A DNA stretch of 64,000 bases from Octopus sinensis (GCF_006345805.1 NC_042997.1:77438001-77502000), one strand, 5' to 3'; counted from the stretch's first letter, positions 13,485-26,805 are shown. A program made the numbers and translations. The notes: generated from the letters alone by a model not told the origin.

Positions 13485-14735
13485 AAAAACCGAAGTCTTA
13501 GTAAATCCTTTCAGGTAGATGGCCCTGCTCAATCTGTAGAAAAGGCATATGTAGAAATTCCATAAGGTGTAAGCTATGGACATATAAGTGCAGCAATATC
13601 AAAGGAAGGTTAACTGGGAAGATAGTTTTTGTGTGTAGCAGATGCACTGGGGCAATAAACACCAAAGATGTACAGAAAACAGATTCTATCACATGCCAGG
13701 GGGAAAGACTAGAAATAGTTGATAGCTTCTGTTATCTAGGTGACCAAGTCAGTAGTGGTGGGTGGATTTTCTGAGAGCGTAGCTTCTAGAATAAGAATAG
13801 CCTGGGCAAAGTTCAGAGAGCTCCTAACACTGCTGGCAAAAAAGGGCCTTCCACTCAAAGTGAAAGGTAGACTCTATGATGCATGTATTTGAACAGCCAT
13901 GCTACACGGCAGTGAAACATAGGCTGTGACTGCTGAGGACATGCATAGGCTTGAAAGAAATGAAGCTAGTATGCTCTGCTGGATGTATAATGTCAGTGTG
14001 TATACATGACAGTGTAAGCACCATGAGAGAAAAGCTGGACATAGAAGCATCAGATGTGGTGTACAAGAGATACAACTGTGCTGGTATGGTTGTGTTGCGT
14101 ATGGATGAGGACAGCTGTGTGAATAAGTGTCACACCCTAACAGTGGAGGGAACCTATGGAAGAGGCAGACCCAGGAAGACATGGGATGAGGTGGTGAAGC
14201 ATGACCTTCAAATGCTGGGCCTCACAGAGGCAATGACAAGCAACTGAGACCTTTGGAGATATGCTGTGCTTGAGAGGACCCGGCAAGCCAAGTGAGATCG
14301 TAGCCATGGCTGATGCCAGTGTCGTATAACTGGCCTGTTTAAAAAGTACACTTCAATCATCAGGCAATATGCAGTGCTTGAGAAGACCTGTTGAGTCAAG
14401 TGAAATTATAATTATGGCCGATACCAGTGCCGCCTGACTTGCTACTGTGCCAGTGGGACATAAAAAGCACCATTCAAGCATGACTGATGCCAGTACCACC
14501 TGACTGGCACCTATGTTGGTGGTACATAAAAAGCACCATTCAAGCATGGTCAATGCCAGTACAACGTGACTGGCTCCTGTGTTGGTGGCACATAAAAAGC
14601 ACCCACTACACTCTCGGAGTGGTTGTTATTAGGAAAGACATCCAGCTGGTGTAGCCTCCTGGCTTGTCAGTCTTCAGTCAAACTATCCAGCTCATGCCGG
14701 CATGGAAAGCAGACGTTAAACGATGATGATGATGA
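13485..14735 (+). mobile_element. 5'-truncated RTE-clade LINE
   Basis: RT C-terminus (YLGDQVSSGG, AMLHGSET, GRGRPRKTWDEVVKHDL), repetitive 3' UTR, (GAT)n tail. Confidence 0.88.
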
Positions 14736-14739
14736 AGAG

Positions 14740-15195
14740 AAACTATGTATAGTAGTAGAAAGCAGCTGCTCAGTGGATGTCATCATAAAGCTAAAGATAA
14801 GTGAACTATTGAGAAAATTACTGCTATTCTACCAGGATTACAAGTTTAGATTTATACCTGTAATTATTGGGGTACAAACTGGCTAAGTACCAATCTTGAG
14901 AAATTAGGCTTCTCAAAACCAGAATAGAGAAAGTTACTTGAAAGATTGAAGTCATCAATGCATCAATGGAACTGTAAAAATATGTAAAATTTCCCAAAAG
15001 TTTAGCATATAATACATATGCACATGTCTAGACATGCAACTATATGCATGAGAATACATACAGATTTGTATATGCACTGACTTGAAATACTCTGCACATA
15101 CACACAACCATGCATAACAATGCTGTTGTTCAAAATTCCGATAGCCTTGGATCTAGGTTAGAAACCATCTCTTTCTCCATCAGCAAGAAATCTAG
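14740..15195 (+). mobile_element. R4/Dong-like non-LTR element 3' end
   Basis: YKFRFIPVIIG motif and a 3' UTR homologous (inverted) to 15815-16250. Confidence 0.6.
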
Positions 15196-15232
15196 AAATG
15201 AAAACTTTATCACACATAACATGCATACATTC

Positions 15233-15264
<32 letters not shown>

Positions 15265-15814
15265 ACACTGACCTACCTACCTACCAACCAACCTACATAC
15301 ATACATACATCTTTAAGGTGGTGCTCCACCATGGCCACAGTGAAATGACTGAAACAAGTAAAATAATACATACAAACAAACAATTCAATGCTTCATATAT
15401 TTACGCATTTGTATATAATCTCAAAGTAGGTTAGCATCTATTATTTATGTCAACTAAGTTGGGTCGCATGAAGTTTAATTTGTGTTTCTATCTTACCATA
15501 AAGTAACAGCACACAACAGAGTTGCTATTGTCCTCATTCCAATAATAAGTAATTCTTTTGCGTTTTCCTCCTCCTCCCACTTTGTAGTCAGTATTTAAAA
15601 ACCTGTTGGGTAGGTTTACATTGTAAACTTTTTGTGTCACCATGTTTTTTAATTTTTCCTTCTCCAGTTGACAGTGCAGTGTGTATGTGTGTGTGTAAAT
15701 ATGTATGCATATATATGCATGTACACATACACACACATATGTATATGTATGCATGTGTATATATATATATATGTGTATGTATGTATATGTATGTATGTAT
15801 ATGTATGTATGCAT

Positions 15815-16715
15815 GTATGTATGTCAGTGTTCAATTTTATTTTAAGATTTCTTGCCAATAGAGAAGGAGCTGGTTTCAAATCTAGATCCTAGGCTCCTTT
15901 ACTGGAATTTCAACAATATCAGCTGGGTATTTTTGCATGTGTGTGTGTGTATATATGTGTAGTAACAGGAATCAGTACAAATGCAGATTTGTGTGTCTTG
16001 TTTTATGTATGTATTCTCATGCATACAGTTGCATCTCTAGACATGCACATATATACTACACTTCAGGAAAGCTTTACAAATTTTACAGCTCCGTTGATGG
16101 CTTGGATCAGTTTTCTCCTTTGTGATTTTGAAAAGCCTAATTTCTCAAGACTGGTGCTTAGGCAATGTGTTATATATCCTAATAATTACAGGTATAAACC
16201 TGAACTTATCTGAGTAGAGTAACTGCAGATTTCTCAAGAATTCAGCATAAGTATTTTTTTTGTTTTTGTTATGTTAACAACCATTGGACAGCTGATTTCC
16301 ACAATTGTATACAGTTTCTCTTCTCTGTTCCAAAATCATTATGTCAGGTCTATTATGTTTACATTTAATTGAGGTTTTCACAGGGACATTCCACCAGTAC
16401 TCCTGACTATGGCCTCTACCATATTGTGGGTTCTTATTTCTTTGGCTCTGGGATTATCCTTCTAACAGATCTCATTATACAGTGTTTTGACTACAACATC
16501 AGGTCTTATTGGTAGATAATAGCATGAGGACATTTTTGGACAACTGCTTATGATGTGGGTGACATCTTTGGTGTCAATTCCACAAAGTCTGCACAGGTTA
16601 TCACATTTTAGTGTTTTTCCTGTGTTTCTGTCCCTTTTGTGCTTAAACAAACCTTATTCAGGGACCTTTGAGCAGGATGGGTTATTCAAAGAAAATTCTA
16701 ATTGAGCCCCTTCTG
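15815..16715 (-). mobile_element. R4/Dong-like non-LTR element C-terminal remnant (zinc knuckle plus restriction-like endonuclease region)
   Basis: CRLCGIDTKDVTHIISSCPKMS..YY (CCHC knuckle of RLE-clade elements), then KFRFIPVII and the shared 3' UTR. Confidence 0.7.
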
Positions 16716-16909
16716 TAAAGTCAAGTGCTGTTCATCTTGATATGAGATCACCATGTTGTGCACATATGATTGTGATGCATGTGCTTGGAGTACTCTTATA
16801 AGACAGATAGTCATGATGGGTATATTGGGCTTCGTATATTTGTACCCCAGTGTAACTTTGATGGCATGCACAGCTCTTTTATTCAATAATAATAATAATA
16901 ATAATAATG

Positions 16910-16983
<74 letters not shown>

Positions 16984-17437
16984 TAGTGGCTCTCCTGGCT
17001 TCTGATCTTAACTGATTGGAAGTGTTATCATGTACATTTTGTCTTGGTGTAAGGAGATGGGCTACAGCAAATAGTCTGTTTAATGCCACAGATTTGCTTG
17101 TCAGTTGCTTGACCTTAACCAGTTGAGTATGTCACTAAGTGGCTGATGATATGTTCATCTCTGAACATGAGCAGGAGTAGAGAGGGAGAATTATAGCCAT
17201 GTGTTGAGAGGAATTCTTTGGGTTTGAATAATTCACCTCTGGAAACATGAGGTGGGGAAATGTTTAAAACCTAGAAACAACTATCAAGATAGCTCAACTA
17301 GTATCGGCTAATCGGAAGTTTTGGAAAATAAAGAAGAAATAGCTGGCTAAGACAATGTGCATGCTGTAATGTTATTATATCTTAATAATGTATATTTTAC
17401 TCAGTTGACAAGACTTAGATATGATCAGTATATAGAG

Positions 17438-17751
17438 CAGAGGCTCTCAAACTTTTTGCCCCCCCCCCCTCATGGTCACATAATACCCTCAGCGCCCCAC
17501 CCCTATTTCTATGTATAAAAATTTCATATTTTACTAATTTATATATACTATGAATCATCTGATATTTAATATGAGATATAATTTGTATACAATACTATAA
17601 TAATATAAATTCATAAGCGTCCCCCAATCCACTACCTTTCTTCCAATGCCTCCTTTTTCTCTGCTGCCCCCTTAGACACCAGCACCTACTTGGACCCTCT
17701 CAACGCCCACTGGGGGAGGAGGGGCGGTAGCACCTACTTTGTTAATCTATG
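17438..17751. mobile_element. hAT-type MITE
   Basis: Exact 8-bp TSD ATATAGAG (17430-17437, 17752-17759); CAGAGGCTCTCAAACT start, degenerate right TIR. Confidence 0.7.
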
Positions 17752-17779
17752 ATATAGAGAAATAGAAGGAATGTAATGT

Positions 17780-19535
17780 TGTCTATTATAAATGCAGAGA
17801 TTGTAAAAGAGACTGGGCATTGGAGAGAGAATCACTGATAAGAGCGATGTCGTCAGCAAAGTCAGTGTCTGTCAAGTATTTAGCTGGGTGTCTGGAACTT
17901 CTAGGTTTTATTTCAAAGCCCTTGCCAGAAATGGTATCAACTGACATACGTAGCACATAGTCAATGACAATGATGAAGAGAAATGGGGCGAGTGTGTCTC
18001 CCTGCAGTATTCCGGCTTTGATTGAGAAAGATGATGTTTCTCCATCAGGGGTTAAGATGGTTGAAGACGTATCTGTGTAGAGGACCTTGATGGCAGAAAA
18101 ATGTTTTGTCTGGAATCCCATAGAGCTTAAGGATTTCAAACATCTTGTACCTATCTACAGAGTCGAACGCTTTAGAAAAGTCTACAAACACCATTGCAAG
18201 ATCGCGATTAAATGCTTTTCACTCTTCAATAAGTCTGCATAGGCATAGTATTTGGCTCAACGTTGAGCGCCCATGTCTGAATCCATTTTGGTTCTTTTGG
18301 AGCAAAGGTTCAACAAAAAGGACGAGATGGTTTAGAATCAGTTTGTTGTACAATTTTGCAGCAATTGACATTAGAGATATACACCCATAGTTGGTGACGA
18401 GGGATAAATTGGTGACGAGAGATAAATCGCCTTTTTTGGGTATTGGGATGATTTGAAATTGGTGCCAAATCTTTGGAGCAATAAAAGTGGAATTGTGTGG
18501 TTGAAAAGATTGAGCAAAAGTACGTGAAATCTATCATCCTTCCAAATTATAGCTGGGATATTGTCGGGACCAAATGCTTTTGAGGCTTTCAGTTGTTTAG
18601 TGGCTGCTGTTAGTTCAAATATGGTAAAAGGGGAGGTGTTGATGTCCAGCATATCTGATATAGGCACACTTGGAAGAGTGGGGTTATCAGGGATTTTGGC
18701 ATTCTTTCCTAGATGGTTTTTTAAATGAATTGACCAATTTTCTAAACGTTTCTTAGCTGATCCTCCTTTAATTCTAATTGACGATCCAGAATTTTTGCCT
18801 GATAGGTCTTTGATGGATTTCCAGGCAAGATGGAGTTTTTTACTAATGTGCTCTTTAGATAGTTTGCTAATTTTGCCATTGATAAAGTCAACCTCGGCAT
18901 TCAAGTAAGCATCATTAAGATTCTTCTTGGCAGTTATGAGTTGGATCTTCAGTGACTGGGATGGAGAACGGTGGTAAGCTAGTGATAAAGACTTTAGATG
19001 GTTTCTGGCTTCGATGACATTTGGAGAATTAGAAGGTTTGCTCTGGCCCCTACTCTTCTTTTTGGGAAGAGTAGCCAGTGCAACTCCCTTGTTGATTTGA
19101 TGAGGCTGCTGTAGACTTCTTCAATGTTCTCAGCATCTATTTCAGAAGTAGACAAAGATTGAAATTTGTTATAGACCTCAATAGTAAATTGCTTGGACAT
19201 ATCGCGGTTAGATGAGACTTCCTCCCAGTCGATCGTTTTCATCGGGTGAGGCTTAGCTTTTTTGGATGAGCGAAGACTAAGCTTAACGGTAGCTGATACA
19301 ATTTTGTGGTAGGAGCCAACAGAACTAAAGGAAGAGTAGGATCTCGAGTCTTTGACACTATTGTGCCACTTCTTTCGAAAAATGAGGTAGTCAATTTGTG
19401 CCCTATCACCAAGTGGATACTCGATGTAATCTCCAGGGATACAGGCATCCAACAACAGGACCACCATAATGCTATGATGGACCGTAAAGTCTAGCATAGC
19501 ATAGTAAATTCCATTGTCTCGACCACGGTCGAACA
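17780..19535 (-). mobile_element. Degenerate RTE-like LINE (APE end plus RT)
   Basis: AQIDYLIFRKKWHNSVKDSRSY (APE), KAFGPDNIP, FVDFSKAFDSV, GILQGDTLAPFLF, DFADDIAL; several frameshifts and stops. Confidence 0.85.
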
Positions 19536-20164
19536 ATGATGATGATGATTATAAATGCCAACTTCAAAACTAAGAGAAAGTAGCTCAGGGAAATGTTGAA
19601 GATGCTAAATACACAAATGTAATATAGTGAGATTATGCATGCAATTAGTAGACAAAAACTCTTTTCAGCAAATTATTAAAATCTAAAAAAAGGAGACTAG
19701 CCATGCAATTAGTAGTCAAAATCTATTTGTGGGGTATTTAGAATATAAAAATAACAAAATGCAGACAGAAGGGATTTCAATTAGTTGCTTTCAGATTTTA
19801 AATTTCCCTGACAAGGTTTTGTAAACTAATTGCATGAATAATGTCAGTTAATCAAAGTTTTTCAACTAACTTATATGATGTGAGGCCCAACTGTAATGTG
19901 TATTATATATATTAAATATGTGGAATGTTCCTCAGAAGTATTTTTCATCTGGCTGTTGCTTGATTATTCTTTCAGTTGCATTCTTGCATTTTAGATATTA
20001 CAGATAAGTTTTCTTGCATTTATATTCTGAAAGTAATTTTTATACAGATTAAATATATTTTAGTATTCTCAAGGAGAAAGTTATGAGACCTTAAACAACA
20101 TTTACATTACCCCAACCCAGGTGGTTGCTACCCATTGTTTAAAAACTATCAAGTCATGAGATAT

Positions 20165-20401
20165 CTTTTAACTTTTACTTGTTTCAGTCATTAGACTGTG
20201 GCCATGCTAGGGCACCACCATGAAAATTTTTTAGCTGAATGAATTAACTCCAGTACTTATTTTTTCTTATTATCAGTCTCTTTTGCTTAACCGGTTGTTA
20301 AGTAGTGGTGTGGGTCAAACAGATAAAAAGATATGCATACAAACACACATACACACACACACACATACATACATACATACATACATACATACATACATAC
20401 A

Positions 20402-20437
<36 letters not shown>

Positions 20438-21536
20438 TATATGCCTTCGAAACATGCCTGACTCCTCTAGCGACAGCTGATGACGGGGGTTTTGTCCTTG
20501 TGTAACCTGTCCAGTATTTGTTTTTCATTTTCCGTTTTCTTGTTTTTTGTTTTTTGGCTTTTTCTGTTTCTACGTCTTATTGTGATGTCCTGTACTTCCG
20601 TATAATTATTTATATATGCATGTATATATACATGTAGATGTAGGTACGTACATATATTTTGTATGTATGCATATATTTTATTTATCTCCTTATTGTCTGA
20701 CAGCGCCCCGCATCAGGTTCGTTCCGATTCGTCGTTTCGATCCACTTCTTGGTCCCCTTTTTTTATTAATAATTATTATATTGAAGATGCGGTACTCTCT
20801 CTCCCTTTGCTTTAACCTCTTCAATCTTTCTCCCTCCCTTCCTCCTCTCTCTTCGCCGCGTGTCCCCCTCCTCCTTCCCTCTTCCTTGCCTATAAAAAAC
20901 AAATTCCTTTACACGTGGTTCCCACTATTGAAAAGACTGCCTCCACGCGCTGCTACTACACTTTCGTCCTTGCCAGCAAAAGGCTTCTTCGTTCGTCCCC
21001 TTGTGTGGTTAATTTCCTGTATAGTATTCTTGTTATTTTCTCGTTTTGTAACTAATTGTACTTTTTGTACATGTATTTTTATTTTTGCAGTTTTATTGTT
21101 TGTCTATGCCAGAAAAAGGGCTTTTTCGTTCGTCCTCTTGTGTTTGTTTTTGTACATGTATTTTAATTTTGCAGTCTTATTGTTACGTCTTGTTTGTGTT
21201 CGTACTCATTGTGCCCCGCTGCTTGAAATTTTTTTATTTTTTCTCTCGCAGGAAGGCCTATTGGATTAGTGTTCTGTTATGCCTTCGAAACATGCCTGAC
21301 TCCTCTAGCGACAGCTGATGACGGGGGTTTTGTCCTTGTGTAACCTGTCCTGTATTTGTTTTTTTCGTTTTCCGTTTTCTTGTTTTTTGTTTTTTGGCTT
21401 TTTCTGTTTCTTCTTTCTACGTCTTATTGTGATGTCCTGTACTTCCGTATAATTATTTATATATGCATGTATATATACATGTAGATGTAGGTACGTACAT
21501 ATATGTTTGTATGTATGCATATATTTTTATTTATCT

Positions 21537-21571
<35 letters not shown>

Positions 21572-21780
21572 AGTTGTCAAGCAGTGGTGGGGGACAAACA
21601 CAAACACACATATATGACAGGCTTCTTTCAGTTTCCAGCAACCAAATTCACTCACAAGGCTTTGGTCAGCCCAAGGCTATAGTAGAAAACACTTGTCCAA
21701 GGTACCATGCAATGGGACTGAACTTGGAACCATGTGGTTGGGAAGCAAACTTCTTAACATATAGCCATGCCAGCACCTAT
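20165..21780 (-). mobile_element. SINE split by an insertion (3' part 20165-20330, 5' part 21570-21780)
   Basis: Both halves match the SINE family on the minus strand; the insertion lies in the SINE microsatellite. Confidence 0.65.
20443..21540. repeat. Non-coding element with about 230-bp terminal direct repeats (period about 838 bp)
   Basis: GCCTTCGAAACATGCCTGACTCC...CATATATTT at 20443 and 21281; bounded by (TA)n. Confidence 0.8.
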
Positions 21781-22162
21781 AATAGATATCATTTTATGTA
21801 CCATTCGCATATCATTTTCCTTTTTTTTCTGTCTTCTCAACTGCTTTCTCTCTCCCTCATTCCCTCTATTTCTGAGAAATGGGGATAGAAATAATTATTT
21901 AGTGTTCAATGGGGTTAAAGTTTGAATTTAGTTAAGTTTAGTATTCTCTTTTGCATTAATGATTGGTGCAGTTCGGCTGATTGGTTAAGAAGTTCACTTT
22001 GCTATCATGAGGTCCTGGTTTTCATTCTGTTGTGTAACATCTTGGGCAAGTGTCATTTTCCACACCCCTGGGTCAACCCATATTTTGTGAATGAAATTGG
22101 GTAGATAGAAATTGTGTAGAAGCCTGTTGAGTGGTTTGTACCTGTAATTCAAATGTCCAGCT

Positions 22163-22851
22163 TGTAAAAACTAACACTTCCTTTTTCTGAGCTGAGATTT
22201 GAAACTGAATCTAAGGATTCTCACTTGTCTGATCTACCACTAACCAAACAAGTGCAAAAGAAATTTATTTGTCCTGTCAAAAAAATTATGGATGGTTTCC
22301 CTTCGACCTTCAACCTCAGCCATGTCATTTAAGGTTCAAGTAAACAGGAGGCAACCTACATAGGTAGGAATTTCTCCTGTGGTATGTCTGTCCTTCTAGC
22401 TATCACAACCATTATAAATACAGCAATCTGTCAATGGATAGCAGAGAGTGAAATAGCCAGAGGCAAGACGGCCAGCAAGTAACTTTGCCAGTTAAGCAGG
22501 CAACAGAGATCCAGATACTCACTATGAACGAACCAACATAGTAGCAGTTTCAGAACAAAGACAGACATCACTGAATGACCAATGCACAGGCAGACACAAA
22601 ACATGTCCAGTTCTACTTCATCATATTGACACAGTATTTACCTTGTTAATTTCTTCTTGACTAGCTCAAAGTAGAGTTGGTAATGTCATGTAGTGAGATT
22701 TTTGGTGTATACAACAAATAAATGCAAGTGTCATTTAAATAAATTATTTAAACTACAATACAAATGTTTTCCCATTGTTTTACTTTGACGTCGTCCACAT
22801 GCCTATTTCATCTGCTACCTCAACATCTTTTGTTACACCTTTCCCACTACA
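22163..22851 (+). mobile_element. Solo LTR of the gypsy family at 55420-59295
   Basis: TG...CA ends, 4-bp TSD AGCT, colinear with the reverse complement of 58654-59295. Confidence 0.85.
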
Positions 22852-24805
22852 AGCTGTGTCACACTGTCATACTTATTGCAACTCAGAATTGCATTAAGGA
22901 TACAAGTGTCTGTGGAATACTCAGCCATTTACACACAAATTCAATAAACCTAGTAGATAAGAGGATCTAACAATGGAACACATGTAATTGAAAATTCCAA
23001 CAAAGATGCATTTATTATATTTATGGAAAGCATTTTGGCATTTTTACATCCCATCTTTAATCAATGTAGAGAAGCTGATGAACATTAAAAGCTAGTTAAA
23101 GCTACATGTATATTTTTATTTCTTAGTGAAATAAGATTCAGGCAAAAACCACGTAGAATGCTATGCAAAGCTCCTATAGAGTTATTGACTACCTAATGTC
23201 ATGCTCCTGCTATTGCATATACACCAGAAATTTCATAGAACCCATGGAGTTTATATAAATAGATAAATGATAGAAAATGGAATGAATAACATTCTTTACT
23301 TAAATAAAGAATGACATTCATTCCATTTTCTATCATTTATCTGTTTCTAATTCTTCATTCAGTCACCCATATTCATATCATCTGTAATACTCACAGACAA
23401 CATTTACATCATCAGAGCATTTAAGTTAAAGTAATGTATAAACCATGTGTACATAGAAATTGAAATGAAAGAGAACACTGAATATTGATACCTTTATCTA
23501 CCAAGCCAGACACATTTACTTTTTATTTTCTCAAATCTGTTATAAATTCCAACGAGACTTGTAGTTAAACACAAGTATATAGAAACTGTTACTGTTTGAG
23601 TGTTCTGAATTTCTCAAATCTTCATCCCAATATTTATTGGAAAATTCATTTAGATATCTACTGTATTTTCTGGCATATAAGAGACACTTTTATTATCATT
23701 TTTAAATGTATAAAAAAATTTGATTTGCCTCTAATGCAGCTGGATAAGCATAAATCTGCTAGGCACAAATCAAGTCATCATAGTAAGTTATTACAAAGTT
23801 ACAAAAAATTGCTTGCAGTATGTTGGCATCTATGTAGCGAGGTCATGTAATCTCCTTATATCTTCTTCCCCAGCATGTATAAAACACATACTTTAATGTC
23901 TGTGTTACCTTTTAGAAACAGTTATTTATTATCTCAATGGGAAATTCTTCCATTTGCAACAAGTGGATTACAGCAAAACTATTGTGGTGGTGTGCCACTC
24001 TGATGGCCAATTGCAGTTGCATAAGACATCACAGCCGAAAATACTACTTTCACATCCTGTTTGGCAATTCTCTTGACCAAAATATGAACAACTACACAGT
24101 TGATCTTAGAGAAAATAAAGTTAAGATATGGTAGTCCTATACAGGCCTGTCGTCAGACTTTTGGTGCCTGGGGATGCTTGAGGATGTTCTGGGTGGGCCC
24201 TAATTACTAATAATGATGATAAAGTGGAATTTCAAAATAAGTGTATCACTATAAATCTGAGGGTGCACTATTGAATAGTAAGAGTGTACCTCCTTAATGA
24301 CAGGCATGGTTCTATAATGTAGTTTGTTTATGATAAATTTATGGTATTATTCAAGAATGCTGCATAAGTTACACTGTAGAAACCTATATAAAGTGTAGGT
24401 TTCAAGAAATTTTATTAAATGAAATGCTTAGTATTTGAGGTATTTCATAAAATTAAGTCAAGTGTAGCAATTAAATGGATTCAGTGGTTATTTCAGGTAA
24501 TTTAATCTGAAATACTTTAGCTTCCTCAGGTATTTTTTTCTTTTTTTTTGCTTTAGTTGAATGTGCCGAGTGAAGCGTTCAGATAAATAGTAAGATATTA
24601 TTGCACACCTGTTTGTTAGAAGCAAAAGTAGGTTACTCGTTCTAGTTATTGTTGGTAAAACATTACTACTACATGAGTGTATCTGAGAGTATGTGTGCGT
24701 GTGTGTGTGTGTGCGTGTGTGTGTGCATGTGTGTGTGTGTGCACATGCATGCGAACATTGAGCATTTGTATGTGTGTGTATGTTTGTCTTTTTATGTTTG
24801 TATAG

Positions 24806-24840
<35 letters not shown>

Positions 24841-24943
24841 GGTGTGTGTGTGTGTAAATATATATATATTTAAAGGTAAAAACTTCTCAATGACTAAGAG
24901 GCCTATCTGTTGGGGATATGTATATGTATATATATATATATAT

Positions 24944-24979
<36 letters not shown>

Positions 24980-25200
24980 GTTTAACGTCCGTTTTCCGCG
25001 CTAGCACGGGTTGGACGGTTTCGACCGGGGTCTGGGGAGCTCGGGACTGCCCCAGGCTCCAGTCTAGTCTGGCAGTGTTTCTACAGCTGGATGCCCTTCC
25101 TAACGCCAACCACTCCGCGAGTGTAGTGGGTGCTTTTTACGTGCCACCTGCACAGGTGCCAGAGGGGTCTGGCATCGGCCATGTTCGGATGGTGCTTTTT
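24944..25200 (-). mobile_element. RTE LINE 3' UTR fragment
   Basis: (CAT)n CGTTTAACGTCCG tail shared with 28541 and 44059. Confidence 0.8.
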
Positions 25201-25205
25201 TTATG

Positions 25206-25992
25206 GGAGGGATGCAGAAATATAGGGGAGCACCAGTGGGAGGGGTGGTTCAGAGGACAGGTACTAGGCAAGTAGAACGTAGGATATCGAGAGAGGGGTA
25301 ATGCATGGTGAAATAGCGTATTGAAGAGGGGGGTTCAAAGAGTAGACACCTATAATGGTGGTGGGGGGGTGCAGAAATATAGGGCAGCACCAGTGGGAGG
25401 GGTGGTTCAGAGGACAGGTTCTAGGCAAGTAGAACGTTAGGATATCGAGAGAGGGGTAATGCATGGTGAAATAGCGTATTGAAGAGGGGGGTTCAAAGAG
25501 TAGACACTATAATGGTGGTGGGGGGGGGCAGAAATATAGGGGAGCACCAGTGGGAGGGGTGGTTCAGAGGACAGGTTCTAGGCAAGTAGAACGTAGGATA
25601 TCGAGAGAGGGGTAATGCATGGTGAAATAGCGTATTGAAGAGGGGGGTTCAAAGAGTAGACACCTATAATGGTGGTGGGGGGGTGCAGAAATATAGGACA
25701 GCACCAGTGGGAGGGGTGGTTCAGAGGACAGGTTCTAGGCAAGTAGAACGTAAGATATCGAGAGAGGGGTAATGCATGGTGAAATAGCGTATTGAAGAGG
25801 GGGGTTCAAAGAGTAGACACCTATAATGGTGGTGGGGGGGTGCAGAAATATAGGACAGCACCAGTGGGAGGGGTGGTTCAGAGGACAGGTTCTAGGCAAG
25901 TAGAACGTAGGATATCGAGAGAGGGGTAATGCATGGTGAAATAGCGTATTGAAGAGGGGGGTTCAAAGAGTAGACACCTATAATGGTGGTGG
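25206..25992. repeat. 157-bp tandem array, 5 units, G-rich on the plus strand
   Basis: GCACCAG anchor recurs at 25230, 25387, 25544, 25701 and 25858. Confidence 0.92.
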
Positions 25993-26035
25993 GAGAAACG
26001 ACATCCGGTATAGTTGGAGCAAAATAGAGATATCC

Positions 26036-26255
26036 GGTATTGGTGGTATTGGTGGTGGTGGTATTGGTGGTGGTGGTGGTATTGGTGGTGGTGGTATTGG
26101 TGGTGGTGGTGGTATTGGTGGTGGTGGTATTGGTGGTGGTGGTGGTATTGGTGGTGGTGGTGGTGGTATTGGTGGTGGTGGTATTGGTGGTGGTGGTGGT
26201 ATTGGTGGTGGTGGTGGTATTGGTGGTGGTGGTGGTGGTATTGGTGGTGGTGGTT
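26036..26255. repeat. Compound (GGT)n/GGTATT minisatellite
   Basis: Runs of GGT punctuated by ATT; source of the spurious Gly/Trp/Val/His ORFs. Confidence 0.95.
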
Positions 26256-26279
26256 GTGGGGGTGGGTAGGGCGGGCGCG

Positions 26280-26805
26280 CCGCGAAGAATCGGCAGCCAA
26301 TTTCTAATCAGCCCTGTAAGGGAGATAGATCTTAAATATCTATAACGATAACTAGTGAATTATACAGAATATGCAAAAACGAGGCGAGGCTGAAATAGTA
26401 AACAGAGTGGCGACTAGGGGGATCAGAATAATAATAATTAATAAATAATAATAATAAATAGAGATACGGATGAATTAAAGCTCAAAGATTTCTTATCTTC
26501 GGATCACTTCGTTTACGGACAGACTTGGCAAAAGGAATTCGGAATCAAGAATGAGGCAGGTTACTAGCTTAAGTATGCATAGCCATGGCGAGGAGTAGGA
26601 AGAGAAGGAGTCCAGACAGACAATGTAAAAAGAGGGGGAGAGAAACCCCGCGAAGAATCGGCAGCCAATTTCTAATCAGCCCTGTAAGGGAGATAGATCT
26701 TAAATATCTATAACGATAACTAGTGAATTATACAGAATATGCAAAAACGAGGCGAGGCTGAAATAGTAAACAGAGTGGCGACTAGGGGGATCAGAATAAT
26801 AATAA

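Noticed and set aside
20448-20490. Permuted (type II) hammerhead GAAA...CTGATGA
   Set aside because: Stems I and III do not pair and the stem II closing pair would be C-C.
20616-21269. 217-aa ORF as a host gene
   Set aside because: Low-complexity F/L/V/C-rich product of a pyrimidine-rich repeat interior; no recognisable motif.
25206-25992. CRISPR-like or 5S/tRNA array
   Set aside because: Contiguous 157-bp units with no unique spacers, no cas genes and no tRNA or 5S features; eukaryotic context.
25878-26345. Poly-His/Gly/Trp/Val ORFs (e.g. a glycine-rich structural protein)
   Set aside because: All frames are open simply because of the (GGT)n array; no signal peptide or splice context.
26280-26520. 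Minus-strand hammerhead from CCGAAGA to GAAATTGGCTGCCGATT
   Set aside because: U4 altered, stem II only 3 bp of A-U, and stem I offset by 4 nt.
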